Assembly (NCBI GenBank): GCA_964016885.1
Contig: OZ024760.1
Span: 29,450,001-29,514,000, forward strand
DNA: 64,000 nt
Direction of reading: 5' to 3'
Origin: Eledone cirrhosa
Lineage: Eukaryota
A program made the translations under genes and the position numbers. This document shows, piece after piece, positions 25,826-40,297 of this stretch (positions within the stretch are counted from its first letter, which is position 1; each line of letters starts with the position of its first letter). The notes under the pieces are model-generated. The model worked only from the letters and a program-made list of their open reading frames with translations, did no database searches and was not told where the DNA came from.

Positions 25826-26372
25826 TCTTTCTCACTTCCTCTCTACCACTGGTTCTCTCTTTCTCACTTCCTCTCTATCACTGGCTCTCTCTTTCTCACT
25901 TCCTCTCTACCACTGGCTCTCTCTTTCTCACTTCCTCTCTACCACTGGCTCTCTCTTTCTCACTTCCTCTCTATCACTGGCTCTCTCTTTCTCACTTCCT
26001 CTCTACCACTGGCTCTCTCTTTCTCACTTCCTTTCTATCACTGGCTCTCTCTTTCTCACTTCCTCTCTATCACTGGCTCTCTCTTTCTCACTTCCTCTCT
26101 ATCACTGGCTCTCTCTTTCTCACTTCCTCTCTATCACTGGCTCTCTCTTTCTCACTTCCTCTCTACCACTGGCTCTCTCTTTCTCACTTCCTCTCTACCA
26201 CTGGCTCTCTCTTTCTCACTTCCTCTCTATCACTGGCTTTCTCTTTCTCACTTCCTCTCTACCACTGGCTTTCTCTTTCTCACTTCCTCTCTATCACTGG
26301 CTCTCTCTTTCTCACTTCCTCTCTATCACTGGCTCTCTCTTTCTCACTTCCTCTCTATCACTGGCTCTCTCT
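25826..26372. repeat. 32-bp pyrimidine-rich minisatellite, ~17 copies
   Basis: Unit CTCTCTCTTTCTCACTTCCTCTCTA(T/C)CACTGG. Confidence 0.95.
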
Positions 26373-28357
26373 TTCTTTCTCTGAAAGAAATTGGCTTTGT
26401 TCAGACCTGGAGAGAAGATATGCTCTACCGGGCTTAAAAACTCCTACATCGCTGTATGTCACTACGATGTCCCTATAACTTCATCAGGAGTAAGTGAAAG
26501 AAGAATGTCTAACAACATTGTTTGTGTTTCAATTAATTTTGAAAATAATGAAAAAATGTCATATTTATTCCATGTTGTATGTGTCAACACAATTAAAATG
26601 TCATCAATATGAAATATTCAACAGAAAGAAATCAGTAGAAATCAATCAAAGAAAAAGTAGCATCGCAAAAGACTATAAATGAGAGGGAAAAGAGGAGGAT
26701 TATTAATTAACAAACAAAAGAGGAAGGAGGAGTGTGACAGACTCTACACCTAAGTTAGAGTGGTGTTTCTCTGTGTCCTGTGGACAAACTGGTAAAGGAC
26801 CTGCTGGAAGGAGTGTTTGAGGACACTGGCCCCACGACCTTCTTAGGAATAAGTGGGCAAAGAAGAAGATAGGAATATATTTTAATTGTCACATTTAAGG
26901 TATAATTACACCCCCTCCCCTCTTCCCTCCTCAGTTCCCAGATTTTTGTACGGCAACTGTTGGAAGAAGAATGAATTCCTAGAAGTATGTGTATCGTATG
27001 TTTTTAACAAAGTACTTAAAATATTGAACTTATCTCACAGATCCTTAGTTTTACTTTTGGAGACACCAGGTGGAGGCACATACCCTAATGTTAGGATGCT
27101 AGATTTAAGATCCTAATATCGTCAGATTCCCAGACTGGGTGCTGTGTTGTGTTCTTGTGAAAAACACTTTATTTCACGTTTCTCCAGTACACTCAGCTGT
27201 GAGTGAGTACCAGCAGTAGCTGGGGAGTTAATCCTGCGATAGACTGTCTTCCTGTCCAGGGAGAATCTTGTGCTTTTATTTGCTTAATGCCAAAGAAACC
27301 GGGGATAAGCACTGATAAGTCTGATAAGCCTGATAAGCTTTCAGATTAGAACAGACTTAAAGGTTAAAAACTGATGCAATAGTGCATAGGATTAATAAAA
27401 ATAATATGACTCAACCAAAATTTAAGAATTTTTAAAAACATTTAATGTGGTTATTTCTAATAATCAGGTTTTTTGATCAAAAACATTTTTTTTTTTATTC
27501 CATCTAATTAAGCATTTCTTTTGAATCACCAATTTGAAAGAAAATTTGTTTTAAAAATAATTAAATTAAATTAATAATTATATTTTTCTAGACATCTCTG
27601 TTGAAGCTGAAAGTTATTTACTGATATAATTGTGATTAATAGTACAATATTTCTGCTCACAACTAATTTTTGAATTAATCAGAATTTAAATTTGCTTTTG
27701 AAATAAATTTAAACCCGCAAGAGAGAAATATAAAGGCAAAAATAAACAGATTTAAAGTTTTTTTTAAATGATAAATTTGACAGCAGAAAATATTTATGAA
27801 TATCTATTTTAGGTCAATTGGAATAAATGAAAAAGCTAATTTAAATTTAGAAAAAATAATGGAAAAATTAAACAAAAGATATTAATTGGAAAAGTTTGAA
27901 GCAATAAGTGTTTGAAGGATGATAGGTAGCTGTTACTAGCTGGATACTATTTGGATAGTAAAATTTGGGGGTTAAGATATAACAACAAATCAAACGGAGA
28001 GCGTGAGAGGGAGAAAGATAGATGAGGAATAAAGGGGGTTATTCTAACAAAGATAATCCTCATCAGTTGTAGTTCATCTCAGTACTCTATGCAATAATTT
28101 TCATCATTTTTATTATTATTATCATCATCATCAGTATTTTTCACATATTTTATAGCAAGGTTCTTCTCTTTCCATATATTACATCAAATAATGTTATTTT
28201 TCATGAACACGACACCTTTGTTTTTTACCCAACATTCAACATCAAAACCTGCCTTCATCCTATAGTGGGCCTTCAAGGTAAACTAAAGCCCAATTCTATA
28301 TGGAGTGAAAGGTTTGGCATATTCATAGTGGTTTAATAAAACCACAGATACACATAC

Positions 28358-28409
<52 letters not shown>

Positions 28410-30378
28410 TATAAATCAAATCAGAGATGGAGTGAAATAATACAAACAAAACAAGCAAATAATTTCAGGTGATCAGCCATCCAAGGATATCACAGATTTT
28501 GGTTTATTAAGGATGGTAACAGTTGTATTGAGAATATACCACAGCAGTAGAGAAATTTATCACAACTGCTCAGAAGCAGACTGGATTATGAAAGTATTTT
28601 ATATAGACACATGCGGGTTTTGACGCAGAATTTTGGGTTAAAAAAGTGCATGTTCTATTCCAAAACATACTGTATTTATTCCAGGTGTTTGTTGTTTATA
28701 ATTAACCTTTGTTGTTACCTGATATTTTTCTATCTATCTATCTATCTTTTTTTCAAACAGGTGGTCTCCCCTCTTCTAAAAGCTACTAAATATAATGGGT
28801 TCTATCTCACTGTTCCTGCAATTTCAACTGTTACAAGTTATATATTCTACCCCTACACACATCAAATGACATATATATACATCCATACATACATAGATAT
28901 ATATATTATAATATATTATATTGATATATATATTATAATATATTATATAGATATATATTATAATATTATATATATATTGTATATATAAATAATATATTAA
29001 TATGTATGTGTGTGTATGTTAATGTATATATATATATGTATATACACATATCCTCCACCCCCACACCACTCCCTTCCCTCATCTAAAACTTCCATCTGAT
29101 ATGGATGTTAAGATATCACCAATGTCGTTATATGTAAAAAAATAAAAAAAAAATTAATTAGATTAAACAAAAAAAAAAACACTTTAAATTTTTAAAAAAT
29201 GTTTTTTTTTAAATTAAAGAGAAAAATTTCAAAACATTTTTTAAATAAAAATAATTATTACCAAACAAATCCAAAATTGATATTTTTTTTTTCAGTATTT
29301 TTTTCCTTCTTCCATGGAAAATTCTAGAAAATTCCTATATTCATTTATAATAATAATAATAATAATAATAGCCACACAATCAAGCTTTCAATAAAAATTT
29401 CATTTAGTAATTATTTTATTTTCATCATTAATTTTTTTTTTAAACACTAATACAAAATATTTAATTTTTTTGTCCCAAAATTACAAAATCAAAGTAAATT
29501 GATAAATAAATAAATTAATTAATTAATTAACTGATTAATTAATTAAAACATGTTCTTAATCACTCCACCTGTGTCCTCAGAAATACCTCAAAAACTCCCC
29601 AAATTCCTCACCAACCTAAACTACGTTGTCCTCCCTCGTCACATTGGCAGGTTTACTGAGCAGCCAGATACCATTCCAATAAAAAGAATATATAAATAAA
29701 TACTTTTAAAAAAATAATAATAATTATAAATAAATCCAAAATAGGATTTCTAGTGAGCTGGATATAGTTGCTAAGGTTAGCAACCTTCATATATTTATCA
29801 TTGTTGTTGTAGTTGTGGTTCTGGTTGTTATTGTTGTTGTAATTTACTTCATATTTTATATATATGTGTTTTTTTTTATTATTTTGGTCTTGTTTTATAT
29901 AGGCAAAGTATTTGGTACATATATTATTTTGTTTTCCTTTCATTCACAAAAAACTTCCATCTTGTATATATATATGATATATATATCTATATATGATATA
30001 TATATATATATGATATATATATATATATATGTATATATACATGTATATATACATAAATGGAATAGAATGAATCGAAATTTCATTTCTCACTCTTAGTACG
30101 GCACTTACTTAAATGTAAGTATGTATGTATGTATACGTACATACATATATGTATACAGACGTACAGTAGTATGTATATATAATAATACTACTGTACGTCT
30201 GTATACATATATGTATGTATGTATACATACATACATACTTACATATATATACATATATATATATATGTGTATATGTGGTCAACTTCTGTATATTTTGTGA
30301 TGCATGTAATTATCTTGGCTGTTATTTTGAATATTCATGTGTGTGTGTACGTCTGTGTACGTCTGTGTGTGTAATGCA

Positions 30379-30422
<44 letters not shown>

Positions 30423-32565
30423 CATATATTCACTTATATACATACTCTGTAATATACACACACATATAGATAGACGCTGCACATACGTATATATATATAT
30501 TGTTCACTTTACATTATACTGTCTCAAACCCCTCAGGGATATGATGGCCATTATCGGTAGAGAGTCGAACACCATACTTTCCAGCATAGTTACGTCCCTT
30601 TACGATCTGAGTTCAAATCCCGCCGAGGTTGACTTTGCCTTTCATCCTTACGGGGTCGATAAAATAAAGTACCAGTAATGTACTGGGTAATTGCTGGCCT
30701 TGTCCAATAGTAGAAACAATTATCTTATGGACACAAATATAAATATTGTTTTGAAATTTCAAATGATTAGGGTTTGCTCCTTTCCACAACCATCTTTCGA
30801 GTCCCAGGATATGCAATGTTTGTGCATCCCTCCCACACCTACCAGGACATGTCGCAGGCATGTGGGAAGAATTGCTGGGCAGATTCCTACAGGCAAAACC
30901 AACCAGCAGGAGATCCAGAGGCAGACCCTGAGCAAGATGGTTGGATAACATCCCTAAGCTCAGCTGGTCCTGCTTGAGGATCCAGCTGGATCAGTTCAAA
31001 GTGGTTGCTTCTGACAGGACCTGCTAGAAGGACTCTGCCCACACAATCCTCTTCTCAGAAATACGAGGGTGAAGAAGAAGATTTATAGTTTACTAACCAC
31101 AGCTGTGTGGTTTAGAAGTTTGCTTCTAAAGCATCTAGTTGTAGGTTTGGCCCTACTGCATGGCACCTGCCTTGGGTAAGGGTCATGTAGTATAGCCTGG
31201 AGCCAACCAGTAGTCCTCTTCTCAAATGTTACTCAAATGATGCTCTGGGGCAGATGTTAAACAGAGTGAATAAGAGAGAGAGAGAGTGGAAGAAAAAACA
31301 TATGAAAGAAAGACAGGAAGAGAGTGGGGGAAGAAGAAAAGATCTCAAAGAAAGACAGGAAGAGAGTGGGGGAAGAAATATGAAAGAAAGATAGACGAAA
31401 AGAGAGTGAGATTGTTTACCGATGTAACCTTTAGATGTTTTTCCTAAACATTGGTTATTTAAATAATTGCAGTTGGCGCTTTCTTCTTTTTCTTGCACTT
31501 TACAGATATTTTGAAGCACCACATCACCAACAACATTCAACGACTTTACAAAAGGAAATGATTAATTGGATATTAATATATAGTATATATACATATATAT
31601 ATATATATACATATATATATGATTTCATGTTTGTTTGTTTTTTTTGTGTTTCGGGGACAGCAACAAAAAAAAAAATTTTTTTAAGGAAAAAAAAAGAAAA
31701 AAAAATTTTTTTTAATTCAAATTGAATGAAAAATAGTTACAATTTTATTTATTTTTTTTTTAAAAAGATGCCTCCCTTGAAAGAACTCAATAGAAATCAT
31801 ATGTGTATATATGTATGTATAATACAGGGAGAGATATATATATAAAGGGGGAGAGATAGAGAGATGCAGACAGAAGAGATTCAATAAATACAATGTGCTT
31901 TTTTTTAATATAAAGTGAGTTGATAAAATTGGATGGAAAATCTTTAGCATGGTATCTTTTGTTGTTAGATATATTTATATTTATATATATATAAATTTAT
32001 ATATATATTCATACGTGTGTAAATATATATATAAATATATATAAATATAATGCATATATGCACACACACACACACAAATATATAAGTATGTATATGCATA
32101 TATATATAATATAATTATAATATATATATATGTATATATATATATTATATATGTGTGTGTGTGTATGTATATATATATATATGTGTGTGTGTGTGTGCAT
32201 ATATGCACACACAAATATGTATATGTATATATATGCATATATATACATTATAAATGTGTGTGTGTGTATATTTATATATATAATGAAATATTGTTTAGTG
32301 TAATTCTTCTTCTTCAGTTTTTTCTTCTTTAACTCTGCATGGTTTTCTTATTTTTATTAATTGTTTTGTTTGTTTTTTGCATCACAACCATTTAAATATT
32401 CTTGGAAAAAACTTACTGAAAACTTATTTGATTCGTCTTTTGGTCCTTCATAACAACACGCCACACATCACAACACAACACATAATAGTGTATAGTTTAC
32501 ATCCATCACAACACAATATATAATAGTGTATGATATAAAGACATCGCAACGCAATATATATATAT

Positions 32566-32727
32566 ATATTTATTAAAATAACAGATTAAAGTTTAAGCAA
32601 AGAATCGCTGCTTTCACCCTTAACGGGATCTTTTTTTAGTTTCAGAAGATCCCGTTAAGGGTGAAAGCAGCGATTCTTTGCTTAAACTTTAATCTGTTAT
32701 TTTAATAAATATTTGCTCTAGGGTTCT
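32566..32727 (+). mobile_element. Fold-back PLE-like remnant
   Basis: Perfect arms ~32566-32632/32646-32712. Right arm begins AAGA-U-CCC(GUUAA)GGG-U-GAAA (truncated HHR core). Confidence 0.6.
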
Positions 32728-32795
32728 TATATATTTGATATATATTTATCCTTATCGAGCCCTCTTTGGATTTTAGTCTTCACATTTATTATTAT

Positions 32796-32857
<62 letters not shown>

Positions 32858-33599
32858 GTGTATATATATCATTAAAAAGGCACGTGGAAGAAATGTTGGA
32901 AACAGAAAATTGAGAAGAGCCAAGTACTGGACAATTCTCACTCATTGGCCATCTTCTGGGGATCGCTATAGTTTCAGATGCTTTATATACATATATTCTA
33001 AATATAAAGCATTGGCTGATCAAGTAATCGACCAACTGTAGTGTAAAGGTATTACCTATAAGGTATCAGACAGATTGTCAATATTATAAAAAAGAAGAGA
33101 TTATTATATTATCCTGTTATATACATTTCGAAATGTGCATAATAGGATGATGTAATAAACTAAGGATGTATGCATGATACCATCTCTCTTCTTTTTTATA
33201 ATACATATATGTATACACACATATATATGTATTATATAAAAATGACTGCTACAGTGTTAGAACTGTTTTATTCATATGAAATCGTCAAGAATATATATCT
33301 ATACATATATACACCTGGCAACAATTTGAAACACTTAACACAAATATTTTCATTTTATATTTATTTCATCTTCTCTCATTTCTTTTTATTTCATTTTTCC
33401 TCGTATTTTTTCTCAATCAATTTCTTTAATCAATTTATTCTCCAAATTTTTAGTCTTCAATTTCGGATTCTTTCATTTTTATCTTACATTTCTTTTTATC
33501 TTTTAAAATATTTAAAAAAACTTTTGACTGATATATTTATTAAGGTAGTTATATATAGGTATGTGTGTGTTGATACGATGTATATATATATATATATAT

Positions 33600-33945
33600 T
33601 TAGGTTAGTTGGTTCACCACTGGATAGAACTGGTCATTCCGTATGGTCAATCTCGATGTAATATTATGGAGAGTACTCAACGTAATGCAACTCACCCGTC
33701 TTAATTTGTGTAGTTGGTGGTGCGAGTACAGAGTTAATTGTTATAAAATAACAGGGGGCTTGAAAGGTTGATACTATGATCATTTCAATGACCGGGTTCA
33801 GTATGAATCCGGTGACATCATCAGGTATTCGAAATATAACAAAGGAATATAACAAATAAAATCCATGGGGCTGAAAATCAGAGACAAGAGGATGACCGAC
33901 TATTTAGCAGCTTCTTCGTCAGTCGGTCGCCCTCGAGTGTTATAT
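33600..33945 (-). mobile_element. PLE-like remnant with tandem hammerheads
   Basis: Intact HHR 33770-33830, degenerate HHR 33887-33935 (CUGACGA, long stem I), GAGTACTC tail motif at ~33673. Confidence 0.55.
33770..33830 (-). ncRNA. Type-I hammerhead ribozyme
   Basis: Minus strand reads GAAUAC CUGAUGA UGUCACCGGAUUCA UAC UGAACCCGGUCAUU GAAA UGAUCAU A GUAUC; palindromic AUGAUCAU. Confidence 0.75.
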
Positions 33946-34081
33946 TATTAAGTCTACTTATGACCATCTGGTGAGGGGGCGTAAGCTTATAATGTTCTAC
34001 TACCTCCCGTCAAAGAGAAAAGGTCATGCCACAATCAGGCTGACCATGCGTGCTAGAAAATTGCCGCGAAAAATGTTTTTT

Positions 34082-34569
34082 CACCACCACCACCACCACC
34101 ACCACTACCACCACCACCACCACCACCACCACCACCACCACTGCCGCCACTACCACCACCACCACTACCACGACCACCACTATCACCACTACCACTGCCA
34201 CCACCACCACACCACCACCACCACTACCACCACCAACACCACCACCACCATCAACCACCACCACCATCAACCACCACCACCACCACCACCATCAACCACC
34301 ACCACCACCATCAACCACCACTACTACCACCACCACCACTACCACCACCACCACCACCACCAACACCACCACCACCACTGCCACCACCACCACACCACCA
34401 CTACCACCACCAACACCACCACCACCATCAACCACCACCACCACCACCACCATCAACCACCACCACCACCATCAACCACCACCACCACCATCAACCACCA
34501 CCACCACCACCATCAACCACCACTACCACCACCACCACCACTGCCACCACCACCACACCACCACCACCA
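34082..34569. repeat. (CAC)n microsatellite
   Basis: Direct inspection. Confidence 0.95.
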
Positions 34570-34570
34570 T

Positions 34571-34607
34571 ATGTGTGTGTGTGTGTATATATATAGAGAG
34601 AGAGCTC

Positions 34608-34658
<51 letters not shown>

Positions 34659-34781
34659 CTCTGTGTGTGTATATATATATAGAGAGAGAGAGAGCTCTGT
34701 GTGAGTGTGTATATATATATATATAGAGAGAGAGCTCTGTGTGTGTGTATATATATATATAGAGAGAGAGAGCTCTGTGTG

Positions 34782-34812
<31 letters not shown>

Positions 34813-35025
34813 CTCTGTGTGAGTGTGTATATATATATAGAGAGAGAGAGAGCTCTGTGTGTGTGTATATATATATATAGAGAGAGAGAGCTCTGTGTGT
34901 GTGTGTGTATATATATATAGAGAGAGAGAGCTCTGTGTGAGTGTGTATATATATATAGAGAGAGAGAGCTCTGTGTGTGTGTATATATATATATAGAGAG
35001 AGAGAGCGAGCTCTGTGTGTGTGTG

Positions 35026-35056
<31 letters not shown>

Positions 35057-35387
35057 CTCTGTGTGTGTGTGTATATATATATATATAGAGAGAGAGAGAG
35101 CTCTGTGTGTGTGTATATATATATATAGAGAGAGAGAGCTCTGTGTGTGTGTGTATATATATATATATAGAGAGAGAGAGAGCTCTGTGTGTGTGTGTAT
35201 ATATATATAGAGAGAGAGAGCTCTGTGTGTGTGTGTATATATATATATAGAGAGAGAGCTCTGTGTGTGTGTATATATATATATAGATAGAGAGAGAGCT
35301 CTGTGTGTGTGTGTATATATATATATATAGAGAGAGAGAGAGCTCTGTGTGTATATATATATAGAGAGAGAGAGCTCTGTGTGTGTG

Positions 35388-35420
<33 letters not shown>

Positions 35421-35478
35421 CTCTGTGTGTGTGTATATATATATATAGATAGAGAGAGAGAGAGCTCTGTGTGTGTAT
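34571..35478. repeat. Higher-order compound microsatellite [(TG)n(TA)n(GA)nGCTC], ~25 units
   Basis: GAGCTC recurs every ~35-40 bp. Confidence 0.93.
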
Positions 35479-35570
35479 AAGCAGTAACCTTTATTGAAGT
35501 TTCAAATTTGGTTATATATTGTTATGAATTATGTGAAGAAACCACTTTAAGAATGTCTATGATGTGTGTG

Positions 35571-35602
<32 letters not shown>

Positions 35603-35858
35603 TAAGCTATTAACTGGGTAATTAGGTAGGTGAGTACATAGATACAGATAGATTTATGAGTATATAGTTAGATAAATAGATAGAGAGATAGACAGGTGGG
35701 TAGAGGTAGACAGATAGACAAAGCTAAACAGACGCATATATATATATATATATATACATGCTGTATATATATATACAGTCTTCTATTTTTTAATGACTGC
35801 TTCCATTACCATAACATAGATATACAAGAAAGGTCACATAAGAATGTCATAATATATA

Positions 35859-35897
<39 letters not shown>

Positions 35898-35960
35898 AAG
35901 TATGACCCGGACGGCAGAGCTCCAGCCGTTTCTACGCTGGTTCCTTATTACAATTCCTTC

Positions 35961-36003
<43 letters not shown>

Positions 36004-36835
36004 TGAAAGTTTATATACATATAAACTAGACAGAGCTATAGATATAGATATATATGTTTTTGGCAACCAAGATCGGATATATCCAAAAGGTGAATGAAAC
36101 CCCCGGAGGTAGAGATAGATTTTGATGATTTGGGTATGTTTATGTACATTTTTTCTTCTAACTTTGATTTTGTACCTAATTATGTATGGTTAACTATATA
36201 TCTAGTCAATTTCTACAGGCTATCAGAAATACTAGGTAAATTTTCTGTGGCTGTGAATTGCGGATAAAAAGCTATCATTTATTTATCTATTACTTCTTCA
36301 TAGGTATATTTTAAACTTATAGCCTCATTTAAATGGTTTTGTGTGTGGTTGATTATGCTGATTGGGAGAAGAAATATTGTTTATATATTTTATCTAATGA
36401 TTCTATGGACTTACTTTTATATATATATATGAAAAATTCAGGACCCCGATGGATGAGCTCTGGCCATTTCACCAGCAAGATCGGAGGCTCAGCCATCAAT
36501 GTCCCGAATTTTTCATATTACCTACTCTACTACCCCAAGTATTGAGTACTCTGGTTTTTACTGATATATATAAAGGAAAAGAAATCGAAAATGCAACTGG
36601 AGTCTTTTTAAGAATATTTATTTATTTCCTTTACCGGTTTCACAGTTCTAAGCTTTTCAAAAGTATTATTGAGAGGGACGGTTTGTGGTTTGTCTCGCGT
36701 CTGATTCATGGTTGAAAGTTCTTTCTGTTTTATGTCGAAAGACTGACTCGAGTTGCTGGGTTTTTTTTAAAGAGTAATTTGGTTGGTTGATGACTGTCAC
36801 GTGAATAAGTACATTAAATTTGATGTTTGTGTGTG

Positions 36836-37473
36836 TATCATCATCGTTTAACGTCCATGTTCCACGCTTGCATGGGTTTGGACGGGAGTTTTCCCACTTG
36901 AGGCAAGAGTGGTTGTCTTGCTCGCATAGGACTGTCTGGCGGGTTTTCTACAGCTGGATGCCCTTCCTAACACCAACCACATTTACAGTGTGGGGCTGGG
37001 AGGTTTTTACCGTGTTGCCTACACGGCCACATTACAGCGTGGACTGTCTGGCGGGTTTTCTACAGCTGGATGCCCTTCCTAACACCAACCACATTTACAG
37101 TGTGGGGCTGGGAGGTTTTTACCGTGTTGCCTACATGGCCACATTACAGCGTGGATTTTTTTTTTTGTCGTGACACCTACACGATCTCATTTGTTTCGGC
37201 CTGGATGTTGTGGCACCAACATAACTTTACATTGAAAGGGGCGGTGTGGATGGGGTGGGGGAGGTGGGACGGGGGTGTATTTTGTTAGAGATGCCTACTG
37301 ACTGTAGTAGGTTTTACTTTGTATTTAGGTAAGGCGGGTCTTCTCTATTACTGAATGCTGCCAAAGATCTCGGTCCAGTGACATTGTCTTGGAGAGGTGT
37401 AAGTGTGTGAGGTCGGAATTTATCAGCTCGTCCCAGGTTTTTCTGGGTCTGCCTACTCCGTGGTTACCGTCTT

Positions 37474-37475
<2 letters not shown>
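36836..37475 (-). mobile_element. RTE LINE 3' fragment with internal ~110-bp duplication
   Basis: Matches 11890-12410; the block ggactgtctggcggg...cagcgtgg occurs twice. Confidence 0.85.
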
Positions 37476-37509
<34 letters not shown>

Positions 37510-37804
37510 ATTAAGGTGTTTGCTCTAAATAGCTGTATACATATAAGTATGTATATTTTGTATATCTAGCGATATACAGTATCTTTACAAATGAACATTT
37601 AGAAAACCAAAATGTTTATTCATAAACGCATATTGCTCCAGCACCTGATCATATCACATCACATATTCTTAACTTTGTCTTTACTCTGGATGAAACATAT
37701 ATTAACCTTTTGCACCATAAATGTATATACTCTTTGATTACCTGTACAGGCAATATTTATTAGAATACTGTTGAAGTGTGTATACATTTTTTGGGACACC
37801 CTAT

Positions 37805-38057
37805 ATCATCATCATCATCATCATCATCATCATTTTACGTCCACTTTTCCCTGCGTGCAAGGGTGGGACGGGTCTTATTAAGCACATCATCTCTCCACTT
37901 GTCACCGTCCTTCGTCATCTCCTCGGTGAGTTTCAGCAATCTGAGGTCTGCTCTCACCACCTCCGCCCTTGTTTTTCGTGGTCTTCCTCTACTGCGTCTT
38001 CCCTCCACTGGGACTTCCTGGCACTTGTTTACCCATCAGTCATCCTCCATGTGTATC
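37805..38057 (-). mobile_element. Second RTE family 3' fragment
   Basis: Minus strand reads ...VEGRRSRGRPRKTRAEVVRADLRLLKLTEEMTKDGDKWR...REKWT* directly into (GAT)n. Confidence 0.75.
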
Positions 38058-38059
38058 AC

Positions 38060-38100
<41 letters not shown>

Positions 38101-38369
38101 AGAAATCGAAAATGCAACTGGAGTCTTTTAAAGAATATTTATTTCCTTTTTGACGCACATGGGACACAAACCCAAATCTTTGGTTTTCCGGACCAATGTG
38201 TTACCATTACACCAAGACACGACCCATCATATATATTCCTTTAGTTCTATTATACTTCTGTGTACAAATCAGTTTGTCTACAGTTCTCACACTGATCAGG
38301 ACATTTTTAATTTAAAGAAAAATGTTATATTTCTTTTTAATATATCTGTATGGAGGTATGTGTGTGTAG

Positions 38370-40110
38370 CACAACCTCACAACACTTTTACATATAGACC
38401 TATAACCACCACCACACAACACTATTATATATAGACCTACCACCTCACAACACTATTATATATAGACCTACCACCACACAACACTATTATATATAGACCT
38501 ACCACCTCACAACACTATCATATATAGACCTACCACCACACAACACTATTATATATAGACCTACCACCACACAACACTATTATATATAGACCTACCACCA
38601 CCACCACCACACAACACTATTATATATAGACCTACCACCACCACCTCACAACACTTTTATATATAGACCTACCACCACACAACACTATTATATATAGACC
38701 TACCACCACACAACACTATTATATATAGACCTACCACCACCACCACACAACACTATTATATATAGACCTACCACCACACAACACTATTATATATAGACCT
38801 ACCACCACCACCACACAACACTATTATATATAGACCTACCACCACACAACACTATTATATATAGACCTACCACCACACAACACTATTATATATAGACCTA
38901 CCACCACACAACACTTTTATATATAGACCTACCACCACACAACACTATTATATATAGACCTACCACCTAACAACACTATTATATATAGACCTACCACCAC
39001 ACAACACTATTATATATAGACCTACCACCACACAACACTTATATATAGACCTACCACCTCACAACACTATTATATATAGACCTACCACCACCACCACACA
39101 ACACTATTATATATAGACCTACCACCACCACCACACAACACTATTATATATAGACCTACCACCACCACCACACAACACTATTATATATAGACCTACCACC
39201 TCACAACACTATTATATATAGACCTACCACCTCACAACACTATTATATATATATACACCTACCACCTCACAACACTATTATATATACACCTACCACCTCA
39301 CAACACTATTATATATAGACCTACCACCACCACCACCACACAACACTATTATATATAGACCTACCACCACACAACACTTTTATATATAGACCTACCACCA
39401 CACAGCAATATTATATATAGACCTACCACCACACAACACTATTATATATAGACCTACCACCTAACAACACTATTATATATAGACCTACCACCTCACAACA
39501 CTATTATATATACACCTACCACCTCACAACACTATTATATATACACCTACCACCTCACAACACTATTATATATAGACCTACCACCTCACAACACTATTAT
39601 ATATAGACCCACCGCCACACAACACCATTATATATAGACCTACCACCACACAACACTATTATATATAGACCTACCACCTCACAACACTATTATATATAGA
39701 CCCACCGCCACACAACACCATTATATATAGACCTACCACCTTACAACACTATTATATATAGACCTACCACCTCACAACACTATTATATATAGACCTACTA
39801 CCACCACCACACAACACTATTATATATAGACCTACCACCACACAACGCTATTATATATATATACACCTACCACCTCACAACACTATTATATATACACCTA
39901 CCACCTCACAACACTATTATATATAGACCCACCGCCACACAACACCATTATATATAGACCTACCACCTCACAACACTATTATATATAGACCCACCGCCAC
40001 ACAACACCATTATATATAGACCTACCACCACACAACACTATTATATATAGCCCTACCACCTCACAATACTATTATATATAGACCTACCACCACCACCACA
40101 CAACACTAAT
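38370..40110. repeat. ~31-bp minisatellite with variable (ACC)n
   Basis: Unit ACAACACTATTATATATAGACCTACCACC(A/T)C. Confidence 0.95.
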
Positions 40111-40297
40111 CAAGATGGAGCCACCATACAACACTATTCTATATATATTTACAGCCGGTTAGATCATTAGATATTTTCACAACAGTGCTCCAGCATAGCC
40201 ACAGTCTAATGGCTGAAACTAATAAAACAAACAACCAACAAAACATTTATAAATACATAAAAGAAACTGCTCTACTCTATGTTATTCTATATAAAAT

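Noticed and set aside
25644-26478. Three overlapping 213-246-aa ORFs
   Set aside because: 32-bp stop-free minisatellite inside a SINE-like remnant.
28740-28800. Possible extra exon after tttttttcaaacag|gtggtc in the 19-kb intron
   Set aside because: No PDZ similarity and no convincing donor; the flanking exons already join in phase.
33971-34726. His/Thr/Pro-rich 251-aa and 196-aa ORFs
   Set aside because: (CAC)n repeat open in several frames; no splice or domain support.
38152-38221. tRNA gene on the minus strand (A box TGGTGTAATGG, anticodon arm TTGGT-CCGGAAA-ACCAA)
   Set aside because: Acceptor stem and T-loop are degenerate; more likely a SINE head or pseudogene.
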